A DNA stretch of 60,470 nucleotides, filler included, from Dimargaris cristalligena (Eukaryota): the NCBI GenBank assembly GCA_003614675.1. It is 4 parts of 4 records of this genome, joined end to end, with 100 filler letters (N's around TTAATTAATTAA, not from the genome) between each part and the next. Parts side by side here need not be neighbours in the genome. Positions count along the whole stretch, not along the records: positions 1 to 15,066 come from ML002914.1; 3 more parts are not named here. The stretch is one strand, 5' to 3'. Position 1 is the first letter of the stretch. Each line of letters opens with the position of its first letter. Below are positions 1 through 11,657 of this stretch, in pieces. A program made the position numbers and the translations under genes. The notes under the pieces are model-generated. The model searched no databases. It had not been told where the DNA came from and saw nothing but the letters and a program-made list of their open reading frames with translations.

Positions 1-299
1 ATTAAGTATAGGAATAGTCCTTTAATAAGTAGTAGAAAGTAGCTTTAAAGTATTGAAAAATAGTAAAAAGTAGTTAAAGAAAGCTAATTTTTCACTAGTC
101 CAGTTACTAGACATCAATTTACATAGTACAGTTTTTTTTTTGGCTTTCCCGAGTCATTATTCATAGATTTATTATAGGTCTTATGATTGATCACAGGGTC
201 GGGGATCATTTTTCCCTCATTTTAAAAAAAAGTCCCATCGATCTACCTATTTCCCGTTTCGATAAAAAAATAGTCCCGCTACATCAATTGGAACTTTCA

Positions 300-976
300 T
301 TCAAATCATTATATAGCTTGATTGAACTTCTCCCATGTTTTACTTGTTTATCAATTGAATAAGTATTTGACACAGGTCTCTGTTTTGGCCTACTTTAACA
401 CTGCCAACCTATGCAGCAGTGCCACCCCTATTCAGCACAGTCATCATTCAGCCAAAACGTGGGCCAAACAGGAATTTCAAGCTGCATTAACCATTTGCCA
501 AGCCTGGGGCAATGCCTCATCAATCCTGCATAAACAGCACCTAAAGTTTTTGAATGCTCTAAGGGGCAGATAGCAACTTTTGGCTGAAGCCCAGGCTTGG
601 GTTAGACTAGGTGATCCTTTAAATTGGTCTACATACTAACATAAGGAATGTATCAATTTAATAATACCTCAAATGAGTTCACTATCCAAATAAGCTGGCA
701 AGGGTTGTCAAGAGCCCTATCTGCCTTATTTCAATAAATTGGCATGACATTACATATGTTTCCACCAGGCCATCTAATACAAGAATACCTGGGCCAGCAT
801 CATAAATCCATACACCCAGTCATCCAATTCTGGCAATTTCCCAGATAGTAGATTCTTAACTCAGAAATCTCACAACCCAACTCTCAAGATAAACCCAATG
901 ACAGTGGTAACTGGAACCCATCATCAATTGATGAATACAAATAGTCTTGTCAACCTACACAAATGATGGACAGGAC
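300..976. mobile_element. Degenerate, CpG-depleted repeat/transposon-derived DNA (family unresolved)
   Basis: No CG dinucleotide seen from ~460 to ~1685; only short broken ORFs; abuts an LTR-like element at a contig end. Confidence 0.45.
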
Positions 977-1557
977 TGTCACCTGGGTTAACTGCTCTTA
1001 GTCCATCAAGAGTCCCAAGGATAGGCTTCTGATGGTATGCAGGGCTTAGACTTGGCCAAGCAGGCTACTAATACCAGGTATAGGGCACAGTACTAACCAA
1101 TAAAGGCTTAGGTGGTGGGGTTATGCAAGGGACATGCAGTGGCACACTTACTAGTCAGTATAAGGGGGGTGAGTGTATATAGAGTTTATTGGTATAAACT
1201 AGGGGATAATGATAAGCTGCCCAATCTAACTGGTCCCAAGGGCCCAGTTATATATACATAAGGACAGCTCCAGAGGGAGGTCCCAAGGGGAGGTACTACT
1301 AGACTATAGTATAAATAAATAGACCAACCAAATGGGCTTTATATCTGAAAGACTCTCATGGAAACTGGAAGAGTCATTTGGATCAGCTGGTTGAGTGTTT
1401 TGTGCAAAGTGTTAGGGCCAGAAGGAGAGGGGTTATATAATAAATGATGATCCCATAGTACTAGGGGTGACTATGGGAGGGTTAGTATGGCACTATAAGG
1501 CCTAATAAGGATGGATGATCATTAAGTCTGGATTAAGTCAGATTAGGAGGGCCAACA
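977..1557 (-). mobile_element. LTR-like dispersed repeat, copy 1 (~581 bp)
   Basis: Homologous to 29852-30122 (same orientation) and 46323-46905 (inverted). Termini TGTCAC...CCAACA (TG...CA). On the minus strand TATATAA is followed ~60 nt later by AATAAA. No clear target-site duplication. Confidence 0.75.
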
Positions 1558-2881
1558 CACCAATTATTTTACCAGGTAAATGGTTTACTTAACTTGACTA
1601 GGTTCAGCTGGGGGTTAGTTTGCATAGGTCCAGGTAACAAAAAAGGCCTCCTTAAAGGGGCACATAATATGGGTAGGGTGGAAGGCCGATTATAGATTTT
1701 TCAGGGAAATAGAGCAGTTGCAATCGACGTCTCCATACCAACCAATAATATAGACATAAAGAGGCTTTGGTGGAAATCCTACATAAAAATAAATGGACAA
1801 TGAATTAATTAGCCATAATAGTCATAGTCACAGCAATTACTATCCAAGGAATAGTGACTATATATATATATATAAGAAGAAAATTGAGCATAGGATCTAC
1901 CAGGAAATGAACAGAATGGTTCAAATGGAAGAGTATGATTCTCGCCCGAATGGCCCCAAGGGTATAGATATAAATATAAATCATTTCATTGGGATAAATA
2001 CTCTAATTATTTGATTTGCATTATTTTTCTCTATTTACATTGCAAAGCTATGCTAGCCATCTACCTGACCAGAAGTGATAGGACAGTCTGTGAGATAACA
2101 GTGGATGTTGGAAGATTCCCCAGACCAACAGTGACCAAGTGACTGTGGTACAAGTACCCGTGAACAGGCATTATACCTGAGCCTTTGCATTATGCAGGTA
2201 TACCCACTGAGTTAGCCATGGGAAGGTGGAGGACTTTGTAGGTCGATGATGTGTATAGCAAATATGAAGTCCTGGTGATGATGAGTTAGGGTTGTGCCCC
2301 ACTCCCACTCCAGATGAGGTTAGTGGGAAAATCACTCAGATATAGTAACTGTGGAGCAATACCAGAGTACTCCTGGCAACTACTCTAGTCAAGGTTACTA
2401 ATAGCTTATTGTCAGGTGCTGGAGCATCTAAATACCTGACCTTATATAGTCAACCTAATTTACCCACAATGCACCGTAGAGCTAGATGGCACAGAATATA
2501 TATTTATACTTTATTTGTTTCGCCATGTCATAATGCTTAAAAATCAGCTGGATAAAGGTATTACTGAAGTCTACCCAAGACAATAACAAGTAACCCAAAA
2601 GCGGGCCAACGACCTCCACCATTGCTTCCTACCTGGGCAAAAAATTGCGCCTGGATGCGGAAGCAAGAGAAGTTGGGGGTCCGTTGGAGAAGGATTTACG
2701 AGCCACCCAAACGGTATACTACAGAAGCAACCATGAATAATTTAGACTTAAACTCAAGGACACGTAGCCAGGCATGTGATTTTTAATCCAAGTGGAGAAA
2801 TGAGAAACAGCGACCCCGGGAGTATCATTCATTAACCTAGCCTATATACTATAATAGGCACGGAAATATCTACCGATACAC

Positions 2882-3616
2882 TCAGGCGGATTTGCCAAAG
2901 GCCTTGATAAATTCGTGCAGCTCGATTTTGCCGTCCTTGTTGTGGTCGGCCTCCCGCATCATTTCGGTGATTTCGATGTCGGTTAAGTCTTCGCCGAGGG
3001 ACTCCATGACGATTTGCAGTTCGTCGCGGGTGATGTAACCATCGCCGTCCAAATCAAAGGACTTGAAGGTCTTGGTCAGCCGCTCCTCCTGGCTCAGTTC
3101 GGGGTCGTTAGTGGCCAGTTGTTCGCCGGTGGTCATCATGACGACAAACTCCTCAAAGTCGACGCGGCCGTCACCGTCGGCGTCGGCCTGCCTGATGGTT
3201 TCCTGGAGGTCCTTCAGGTTGGGGCTTTGGCCGGCGGCCTTCAGGGCGGCGTCGAGTTCAGCGATGGAGATGGAACCATCGTTGTCCTTGTCGAACAGGG
3301 TGAAGGTTTCCTTCAATTCAGCGAGCTTTTCCTTGGAGATGGAGTCGGTCTATGCATGGTGGAGGTGTTTGAGTTATTCGTTATAAGAAGGAAGAGGGAT
3401 GGGATGGAGCCGGACATGGCACAAGGGGGAACAGAGGGTGTGAGTGGATGAGTTGGGTGGGTATATGCAAGCGGGACTTTTTTTAGCAGCCCAGGGAGTT
3501 GGTCGGCGTTAAGGGGTAATAGAAGACCCGGAGCAGAGTGAGGGAAATTAGGGGAATATTAATGCCAAGACTACCATATTTGTACGTGATAATAAGATGG
3601 TTGGTGGACTTACCAT
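2882..3616 (-). CDS. Divergent calmodulin-like protein, four EF-hands, 156 aa
   Basis: Exon 1 is ATG only (3614-3616), followed by GTAAGT; intron 3350-3613 ends in CATAG; exon 2 is 2882-3349 (TDSISKEKLAELKETF...). EF loops DKDNDGSISIAE, DADGDGRVDFEE, DLDGDGYITRDE, DHNKDGKIELHE. Confidence 0.9.
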
Positions 3617-4189
3617 GATGAAATACGAGGGATGGTAATACAAATGGAATATCAGTAGCAGCAAATAGATAAATGTCAATAGAATGAGGAGTATAGAAGA
3701 AGTATCTTATCTAAGTACAGATTAAAGTGGCGGAGGAGAGTAAAAGCGAATAGGATAATAAAACCTGGAGGGGGCAGGGGTTTGACCCGAATAAATAGGT
3801 AATAGGCTGTGTCTCAGATGGCTGGTGTCGCATCGCCCCGAGCCAAAGACGGGCTACCCAGCCTGCCTATACAATATAGGATATTGGAGGAAGATTTCCA
3901 ACCAGTTTGTTAGATATGTTGAGAGTTCTACCGAACCTTCTTTGCTTGCGACTCCTGCACCCGAGGAGAGAGAGAGAGAGGAGGAATAGAGCGTGAGCGT
4001 TACGGAATCGACGAAAGGAACCTTTCCCCTCGCCTTCCACTCACTGAGTAAGGAAGAAAATTCTGAGGAGAAGCTCCCTCCCCGTCAGGTTTCGGCCAAT
4101 GGTTCCAGAAGAAGCTGCACATCCCCTTTAAGCCGTGGAAAGTAATTGAGCGAGGGATGGATTAACCTTATTCCCTCCCCACTTCACTC

Positions 4190-4190
<1 letters not shown>

Positions 4191-4217
<27 letters not shown>
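4191..4217 (+). repeat. (TAC)n microsatellite
   Basis: About 9 tandem TAC units. Confidence 0.9.
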
Positions 4218-4220
<3 letters not shown>

Positions 4221-5306
4221 ACGGCAATACCATTCTCCGCTCTTTGTGAAAAGCTGCTTCGGATTTTCCCTCTCACATTTATTATACACTCGAACAGAGA
4301 GAGAGTCGTTGTCTGCCCCACACACCACACCACCCCCTTCCTGCCTATCCTCTCCACTGAAAACCAACATGTCCTCTCCCATTGGAGCTGCCGTCGTCAT
4401 GGTGACCGTTCCATAGGCTGTCCGAATTGGTCGAGGGAGTCTGCAACATACCGCCACCCCAGGGCCAATAACCAACGCCAGCTCCTTAATTGAAGAAGCA
4501 ACCCACCACCCATCACCATCACCACCACATCAGCCGATAACTCCGCTACATAACCAGTGCATCAGGCTGACGCTGTTCTCTATCGGAAGGGGATCCAACC
4601 TCCCATCCGCTGACGCAAATAACCGCACCCTCAAATAGCACAGTGTGTAGTCCCATCGCTATTTTGACCCTGGGGCAATATAACCAAGATCGGGGGTGGT
4701 AAGTACTATTGAAGATGCCATTTTTAGAGATAATTGAAATTGGGGAGAACATCAATCATGCATCCTGGCATGACCATACATACACTGCCTCCTCCCCTTT
4801 CTATATAACCATGCATACACGAGTACCACCAGGTGTAGGAATCGAGGGAAACCAAGGCAATAGACGGAAGAGGGGACAATGGGCTAGTTATTGGGCATTC
4901 AAGGGTGGATACGGTATGGCTGGTGGGTCCCATCACTAGTCCCGGATCAACGTCGGGGTATTTATGGCACAGTAGTGGATCTCACAGTATTTATATAAAG
5001 GCCCGTCACTAAAAGAGGTGCGGCTTCCCAAACGGGTGGGCTCAAAGTGGCCAAACACGCCAAGTATAAGTATCCCTAGAGCAAGCGTGGAGAGGTATAG
5101 TAAGTCCCCAGCAAGCTAGAGAAGGGGGTCCTAGGCGAGAAGTAGGAAAGGCCAAAGTAGCGGGAAGGAGGTGTGCTGATGTATATATATATAAGTACGT
5201 ATATAATAGATAGGTAGGTTTATGGTGGGGGGAGGTATAACACGCCGCTAGTGTAAAGAGAAAAGGAACGGAGCCAGGCTGGGAGGGAGAGATACGAGGA
5301 ACTCTT

Positions 5307-5756
5307 CTACATGGAGGTCATCATTTTGACGAATTCCTCATAGTTGATTTGACCGTCGCCATCCACGTCGGCCTCCTTGATCATTTCGTCAACCTCACTC
5401 TCGGACAGCTTCTCGCCGAGACTGGTCATCACATGGCGCAGTTCCGCGGCGGAGATGAAGCCGTTGCCGTCCTTGTCGAAGACCTTGAAGGCCTCCCGGA
5501 TTTCTTCTTCGGAGTCGGTGTCCTTCATTTTGCGGGCCATCATGGTCAGGAATTCGGCAAAGTCAATGGTTCCGTTGCCGTCGGCGTCCACTTCATTGAC
5601 CATGTCCTGCAGTTCGGCCTCGGTGGGGTTCCGGCCCAGCGAGCGCATAACGGTGCCCAGCTCCTTGGTGGTGATGGTGCCATCGCCGTCCTTGTCAAAT
5701 AGGGAGAAGGCTTCCTTGAACTCGTCAATCTGGGCTTCGGTCAGGTTATCGGCCAT
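5307..5756 (-). CDS. CMD1: Calmodulin, 149 aa, uninterrupted CDS
   Basis: [41 protein letters not shown]...[45 protein letters not shown]...; near-canonical calmodulin. True ATG at 5756 (CACCATG). Confidence 0.97.
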   Translation of the reverse strand: MADNLTEAQIDEFKEAFSLFDKDGDGTITTKELGTVMRSLGRNPTEAELQDMVNEVDADGNGTIDFAEFLTMMARKMKDTDSEEEIREAFKVFDKDGNGFISAAELRHVMTSLGEKLSESEVDEMIKEADVDGDGQINYEEFVKMMTSM

Positions 5757-7736
5757 GGTGAGTGAGTGAGCGGCTGGAAGAAAGTAAGTGGAGTGGAGTG
5801 GAGTAAATAAGGAAAGGCGGTGGCTAGTAACTAAAAGATAATAATAAGAAATATAAGCTGAAGGGGAGGGGGAAATGCGTAGCAGAGAGAGACAAGAAAT
5901 AGACTGACGCTGGGGGGGGGAGGATGGTGGAGGAGGAGAGAGGAGGCGGTGAGAGGCGAGGGGAGGGGGAAGCCAGAGCATGCAACCCAACCGTTGTTGG
6001 AAGTGAAGTGGGTAGGTGGGAAGCTGGAAAGGGGGTCAGGTGAAGGGAAATGAACTAATTACCGTCCTATAGAGCCCCTCCTCCTGCCCTATACGGACAA
6101 CTTCGAAACGGGCACCCCTGCTAAGGTCGCCAAGGTGGTACGAGCCTGCCTAATACACAACACAGCTAACAACCGCCCGTATCGGCTGGAACAGCCCACT
6201 GTGGAGTTACCCCAACCGTCGCCATAGAAGCAACGGCCAACCCTGACGGCGGTCGATACCCTGCGATGATACGAGACTACCCATGCCAATCCGTCGCCAA
6301 AATGATATAATAATCATAATCCCTATCATCCCACCTTCTACCATATCTGCTCATTCTCAGCTACTATGGAACTTTCTTCAGCTGCAAGGATCACCCCTCA
6401 CCCTGTTCTATAATGAAGACGCTCGTCATCTGCCGGATAATCACAACCATGTATCAGGCTGACTCCAGCAGGGTGCTGCTGGTATTACCCGCCCCGATTT
6501 TCTGTATAGCCCTGCGCCCACTCCAAACGGCCTCCAGCCAGACTGTGTGATATTCTGGTCCAGATCAAGCAGCACTGTATTCTTGTCCTCCGACCACGGG
6601 CAGGTCCATGTGTTCCCTCCTCCTCTTCCTCTTTAGTCCCCAGTGTTTGTTCACGCCCACCCGCTGCCTCCACCCCCTCCCCAATAGATCAACCACCCCG
6701 CCCTCCATCCCTTACCAGAAACCAGAAACAAGCGCCCAGGCCCACACCAGCACGTGTGGCCAGACAAGAAGATGTATTTCCGTAAATTTATTAACAGGTT
6801 GGATATATAAAATAGTACATGGGCGAGGGAAATGGCAAAAAATCCCCACATGTTGGCAAGCGGTGGTTGGAAGGGCGGCGCAGGTCATTCATAATAAAGG
6901 AGAGTCACCGAAGGATCCCCGCACGCATATCCACCAGAGTGCAGGCTGCCTCATGCCACATGGGTGAAATAAAGAAAGAATGGGTGAGGAAGATAAAAGC
7001 AGGAAAGAATAGGAGAGGCGGTGTAAGTAGTAGAGGGGGTATAATATGCGGAGGGTAGTAATAAATTAACGCGAAGGGGTGGGGGGGGTAGGAGGAGGAG
7101 TTGGGGTACGAGAGAACGAGGGGCAATGCAGCTGAAATCAGTGCGGGTAGTGAATGCCTAGTTTAGACGAGCTGGTACGAGGCAAATAGAAAGGTGTGTG
7201 TGTGTGTGTGTATGAGGATGTGGGATACAATGTCAGTATAATACTAAGATGGGGGATATAGCTACTAACTATGTGAAAAAATAGAGACGAAGTTGGGGAA
7301 AGCCGAACATAGCGGCATAGATGTACGCGAGTGGTCCGAAATCGTCAACCCCGAGTAATCGAGGGCGGATAAAAATATAGGTGGATCGGCGCGTACGAGG
7401 ATTCCTTTAAAAAAACCGATACGGATACATAGGGGGAGGGGTGATTCTCTAGAGAGTAAGTGTGCCGAGGGTGGGACACACCTTACAAAGAAGTTATTAT
7501 ATATAGATGACAGTAGAACAAGTGTGGTAAAAAAGTAAGGCTGAGAAGGTAGACGACACTGGACTACGTCCATGGGTGCTTGCGTGGGGTTTGTCCTAGG
7601 GGCCAACAACTGTGCGGCCCCTCCTCCCGATGATTTGAAACACCGGCTGCTTAATAAGCCCCGACATCTCTCCTCCTTGGAGGATGATCAAGCCGGGGGG
7701 TATACAGGTAAAAAAGGCCTAATGAGGAATCGTCGA

Positions 7737-9827
7737 CTAGCCGGTACAGCAGGCGCGGTTATTCATTTGGGTCTTATCGTGGTCGGCGTCTAATTGCACG
7801 GTGCCATTGGGGTTATTGCGCTTCCTCCTTTCGATTTCCTGGGCCTTTTCCAAGATTTTACGGGTCACATGGGTAAACATCTCGTCCACATCTGTCAGGA
7901 AAGTGAATAATAATTGTAATAATAAGGTATTCAATAAGAATCAGGCGATGCCGCGGAGGGGGGGTTAATGGAATTATTCGATCATGTGAAAAGGGAGGGC
8001 CTTCAATTTAGCCCTAAACAACTAAACTCGCCCTTGCCCTAACCACAACCCTAAACCACCCCCGCATGGGACTCTCATTACCATTATCATCACCATCACC
8101 AAGCAACCTACCTTCGTCATCCTTGGCCGAGACCTCGTAAAGCATATGATCGACGCCCAGCTGTTTCTTGCCATACGCATCAGCATCTTCCGCGTATACT
8201 TCGCGAAGGTGATCCAAATCCCGCTTGTTCCCCACGATTTGCAATACTGTTGAATCCAGGGAAATATGGGTATCCATAAACAATTGCTCAACGGAATTAG
8301 TCATCCGGGTGTGGGTGTCATGGATAATCCCCTAAGATTTAATAGAAATGAGGTGAATCGGGTTAGGCCTCTTCGTCAACCAAGTATCTGGATTGTAAGG
8401 TAACTTACCTATATCGTCTGATGTGGTCCGCCGTAGTTCTAGAGTAGGGGTATAATGGTAGCATAACCACCAAAAAATACAGGGTAAAAATACATTAGAC
8501 AATTGCAGCCAGTGTCAAAAATGAGGGATGTCGTGATATTGGCCCAGTATAGGGAGATTCCGTCAAATTTTGAATTGAATACCCCGCCCTACCTTTAATC
8601 CACGAGTCAATTTCGGCGAAGGACTTGCTTGAAGTAATATCGTAGACTAGAATGGCCGCGGTGGCCTATATTAGGGGGAATTCATAAAGCCGGGTAATGT
8701 AATTTAGATTCGGGATTAGTATATAGGCCATTTCCATCATAACAAAACGAACCGGATCGAAGAAGGGCACTGCCAACATCAATAATGCAGTCGGTATATC
8801 CACTTACGCCTCGGTAGTACATGGGAGCCTGTGGCATTGGGTAGATAGGACCGACCACGAGGGCACATTAGGGGGAAGCGGCAAATGTCGAATTAAGGGG
8901 GAATGGGAAAAATGGTCAGGGGATGCAAAAAAAAGGCGGATTAGAAGAGGATATTCAAGTCAGCAAGGAAGGGGAGATCCGGTAGAATGCAAACAATGGG
9001 TCAATATTTCGGGGCAGGGTAATTTCAAAGAGACCACGCGGCAGAACGGTACCCTCTCTTGGTAGACATCGATCCATTCAATGGTTATTCGTGCACTTAC
9101 CATGGGGCGGAAGCGGTCTTGGCCAGCGGTATCCCAAATCTGCAGGCGGATTTTGTAACCATCAACGACACTAAAAATAGGATATATATATAAAGCCACC
9201 ATCCATTTGGTGTAGATATTCGTGGGTTAGGAATGCGCGTGATATGAGAATATCAAATGACCCTGACATGTACAGGCGTGTATCGATAGCAGAGGAGGGA
9301 GATCATGATAGGCGTCATTAGAAGCGGGGGAACTTACAGTTTAGTAGCCATAAAGGATGCACCAATGGTGGATGGGCAATTGGGCGAAAACGTCTTTTGC
9401 ACGTAACGAATGACCAGCGAGGTCTTACCGACGCCTAAAGTAGAAGTAGGAATATGGCCGTATCAATAGATAGTGGAGGTAATATTGTTTAGTAGTCCGC
9501 TCGGGAGGGAATGGACTGGGCAGAGGGCTATGCCTCCGACAGGTTAGGTGGGAGGAGTAGAGGGAGGGCGTATATATATATATATATATATGTGTGTATT
9601 TGGGAGAGATACACCACGTTAAGGGTAGGAGGGGATCTGTCCTACGTCAGCGTGGATCCACCGAGTGATACAAGTGGAAGAGGGGCAATAAGCTTACGCC
9701 CGCCTGGTCGGAGTCGGGCCCATGTTAATGAGATGCTTATTACACACCGCCCAGCCTAAGCGAAAAGGGCACACTTACTTTGGCTGCCGAGGATAACCAC
9801 CTTGGCCTCCAGGAAATGGGCCGGCAT
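7737..9827 (-). CDS. Rab GTPase of the Rab5/Rab22/Rab31 group, 8 exons, 209 aa
   Basis: Exons 9779-9827, 9338-9434, 9101-9170, 8808-8828, 8593-8665, 8409-8438, 8112-8246, 7737-7891; all GT-AG, phases consistent, 630 nt total. Motifs GSQSVGKTS, TIGASF, WDTAGQDRF, APMYYRG, GNKRD, EVSAK and C-terminal CCTG prenylation signal. Confidence 0.93.
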
Positions 9828-10549
9828 GATGGGCGGAGGAGGACGGGGTTGGGGAGGTCGGTAGGGGAAGACGAACGGTTCCAGAGAACAACAGATGGGG
9901 CAGCGGAGTGGGTGGGGCCGATGAGGAAAGCCAAGGAACAAGCGGCGGAGGTTAAGTAGGAGGGGAGGAAGAAGTGTGGTAGAAGTGAGTGTGAAAGGGT
10001 AGAGAAGGAGACAGACACAGAGGCAGAGGAAGAAAGAGAGAAAGGAAAAGAGAGGTGGGGCAGCGGCAGAGAGGGAGAAAGAGAGAGAGTAGAGGAAGTG
10101 GGAGGGCCGGGCGCGGATAATAATAGTAAGGGGAAGAGGTAAGGAGAGGAGAAAGAAGAGAAGGGTAGAGTAGTAAGTATATAGTAGAGTAGGGTGGCCT
10201 ATGAGCCAGCTGAATAAGCCACGGGGACGTCGAACGAACTCAGCCCAACGAAGTCAAGTCGAGGATAATAGAATGGAGTGCTTTAGTAACAACGATATAT
10301 CCAGAGAAGCGAAGCTAACAATCAATAACAACAACTCCCAAATATTAATTGCTATAACGGATTGCCGGCGGATACTATTACTCCTCCTAGTATAATATCT
10401 CGCGCGGCCTATTCCTCCTGCCTTCATCGTTCGCTATTGTATTGTGTTGTGGTGGTGTTGACCACCAAAAAAGGAGGAGTTGGCTAGTCTGTACCACCTC
10501 GCAAGTCATGCTGGAAGCCGTGAGAAGGACGCTCTATCGAACCAGTTGG

Positions 10550-10602
10550 TCGGGGATATATGACCCTTGATATCGAACCCATCGGGATGCATATATCCCC
10601 GA
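10550..10602. repeat. Perfect 13-bp inverted repeat (hairpin)
   Basis: TCGGGGATATATG (10550-10562) / CATATATCCCCGA (10590-10602), 27-nt spacer with extra partial pairing. Confidence 0.85.
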
Positions 10603-10800
10603 TGAAGAAAGGTGAGAGAAAGAGACGGTCCCAAATTAACCGTGGCTAAACTATTCTTTCCATTGAGTGTTCCGGCATAATAATACCCTCAAAGTAGTAG
10701 TAGTGTGGTGAATAAAGCAGAGCAGCATATACTCCCCTCCCTCTTCTAGGGCTTACACTTGTTATTAAGCCTTACTAGTTCTAGCCTCAATAAACCTCTT

Positions 10801-10878
10801 TCCTACTCCTACTCCTACTCCTACTCCTACTCCTACTCCTACTCCTACTCCTACTCCTGCTCCTATTCCTATTCCTAA
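10801..10878 (+). repeat. (TCCTAC)n hexamer repeat
   Basis: 9 perfect units then 4 degenerate units (TCCTGC, TCCTAT x2, TCCTAA). Confidence 0.9.
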
Positions 10879-11066
10879 CCCTCATTTCCTATGGTCATCG
10901 TGTCCACCTACCTCTACTCGTAAAAACCCACGGACCTTCCTCTAGTTCCTGGCCTTTTCTAGCGCAATTCATTCTATTTCCCTTGCTCACCCTCTCTTAC
11001 TCGCTCACCTTGTTCATACCCTTTACCACTTCATTCCGCACCCACCCATATATAATATTTATAAAC

Positions 11067-11657
11067 ATGGACAAAAGCCTCTTCCAGCTCAAATTCACCG
11101 CCAAGTCCCTCCAACGGCAAGCCAAGCAATGCACCCGCGATGAGGCCCGGGAGAAAACCAAAGTGAAACAGGCCATCAAAATGGGCAACACCGAAGGGGC
11201 TCGCATCCACGCCGAAAATGCCATCCGCAAGAAGAACGAGGCCCTCAACCTGCTGCGCCTCAGTTCGCGCATCGATGGGGTGGCCAGTCGGGTCCAAACC
11301 GCCGTGACCATGCGCCAGGTCACCGGTTCCATGACCGCCGTGGTCGGGTCCATGGAAAAGGCTCTGAATGCCATGAACCTGGAGAAAATATCCCTCACCA
11401 TGGATAAATTCGAAACCCAATTCGAGAACCTCGACCTCCAGGCCCAGTACATGGAAGGCACCATGAGTGGTACCACCACGTTGACCACCCCCCAGGCCGA
11501 CGTCGATCAGCTGATGCAGCAGGTCGCCGAGGAACACGGTCTTGAACTCAACCATCAGTTGGGCGTGCCTACCAATGCCCTGCCCGAATCCCCCATCGCC
11601 GACCCTGTTCCTAAAGACGACCTTACCGAACGTCTGGCTCGGCTTCGGAATATGTAG
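11067..11657 (+). CDS. DID2: ESCRT-III-associated Did2/Vps46/CHMP1 (Snf7 family), 196 aa
   Basis: MDKSLFQLKFTAKSLQRQAKQC...GARIHAENAIRKKNEALNLLRLSSRIDGVASRVQTAVTM...; C-terminal MIM1-type DDLTERLARLR. Confidence 0.95.
   Translation: MDKSLFQLKFTAKSLQRQAKQCTRDEAREKTKVKQAIKMGNTEGARIHAENAIRKKNEALNLLRLSSRIDGVASRVQTAVTMRQVTGSMTAVVGSMEKALNAMNLEKISLTMDKFETQFENLDLQAQYMEGTMSGTTTLTTPQADVDQLMQQVAEEHGLELNHQLGVPTNALPESPIADPVPKDDLTERLARLRNM

Noticed and set aside
3014-3451. Long antisense ORFs over CaM-like, CaM, DID2, GT15, MIX17, EMG1 and other genes
   Set aside because: Shadow ORFs expected from strong GC3 codon bias; no independent protein features.
4369-4540. Possible small His-rich gene between the calmodulin genes
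   Set aside because: Stop after 15 codons and the CAC/CAT run is frame-broken; looks like simple-sequence DNA.
5757-5990. N-terminal extensions in the ORF track (calmodulin 227 aa, DID2 224 aa, PX protein 1421 aa, EMG1 275 aa)
   Set aside because: They rely on non-ATG starts running through pyrimidine-rich leaders; homology and ATG context support the downstream ATGs.
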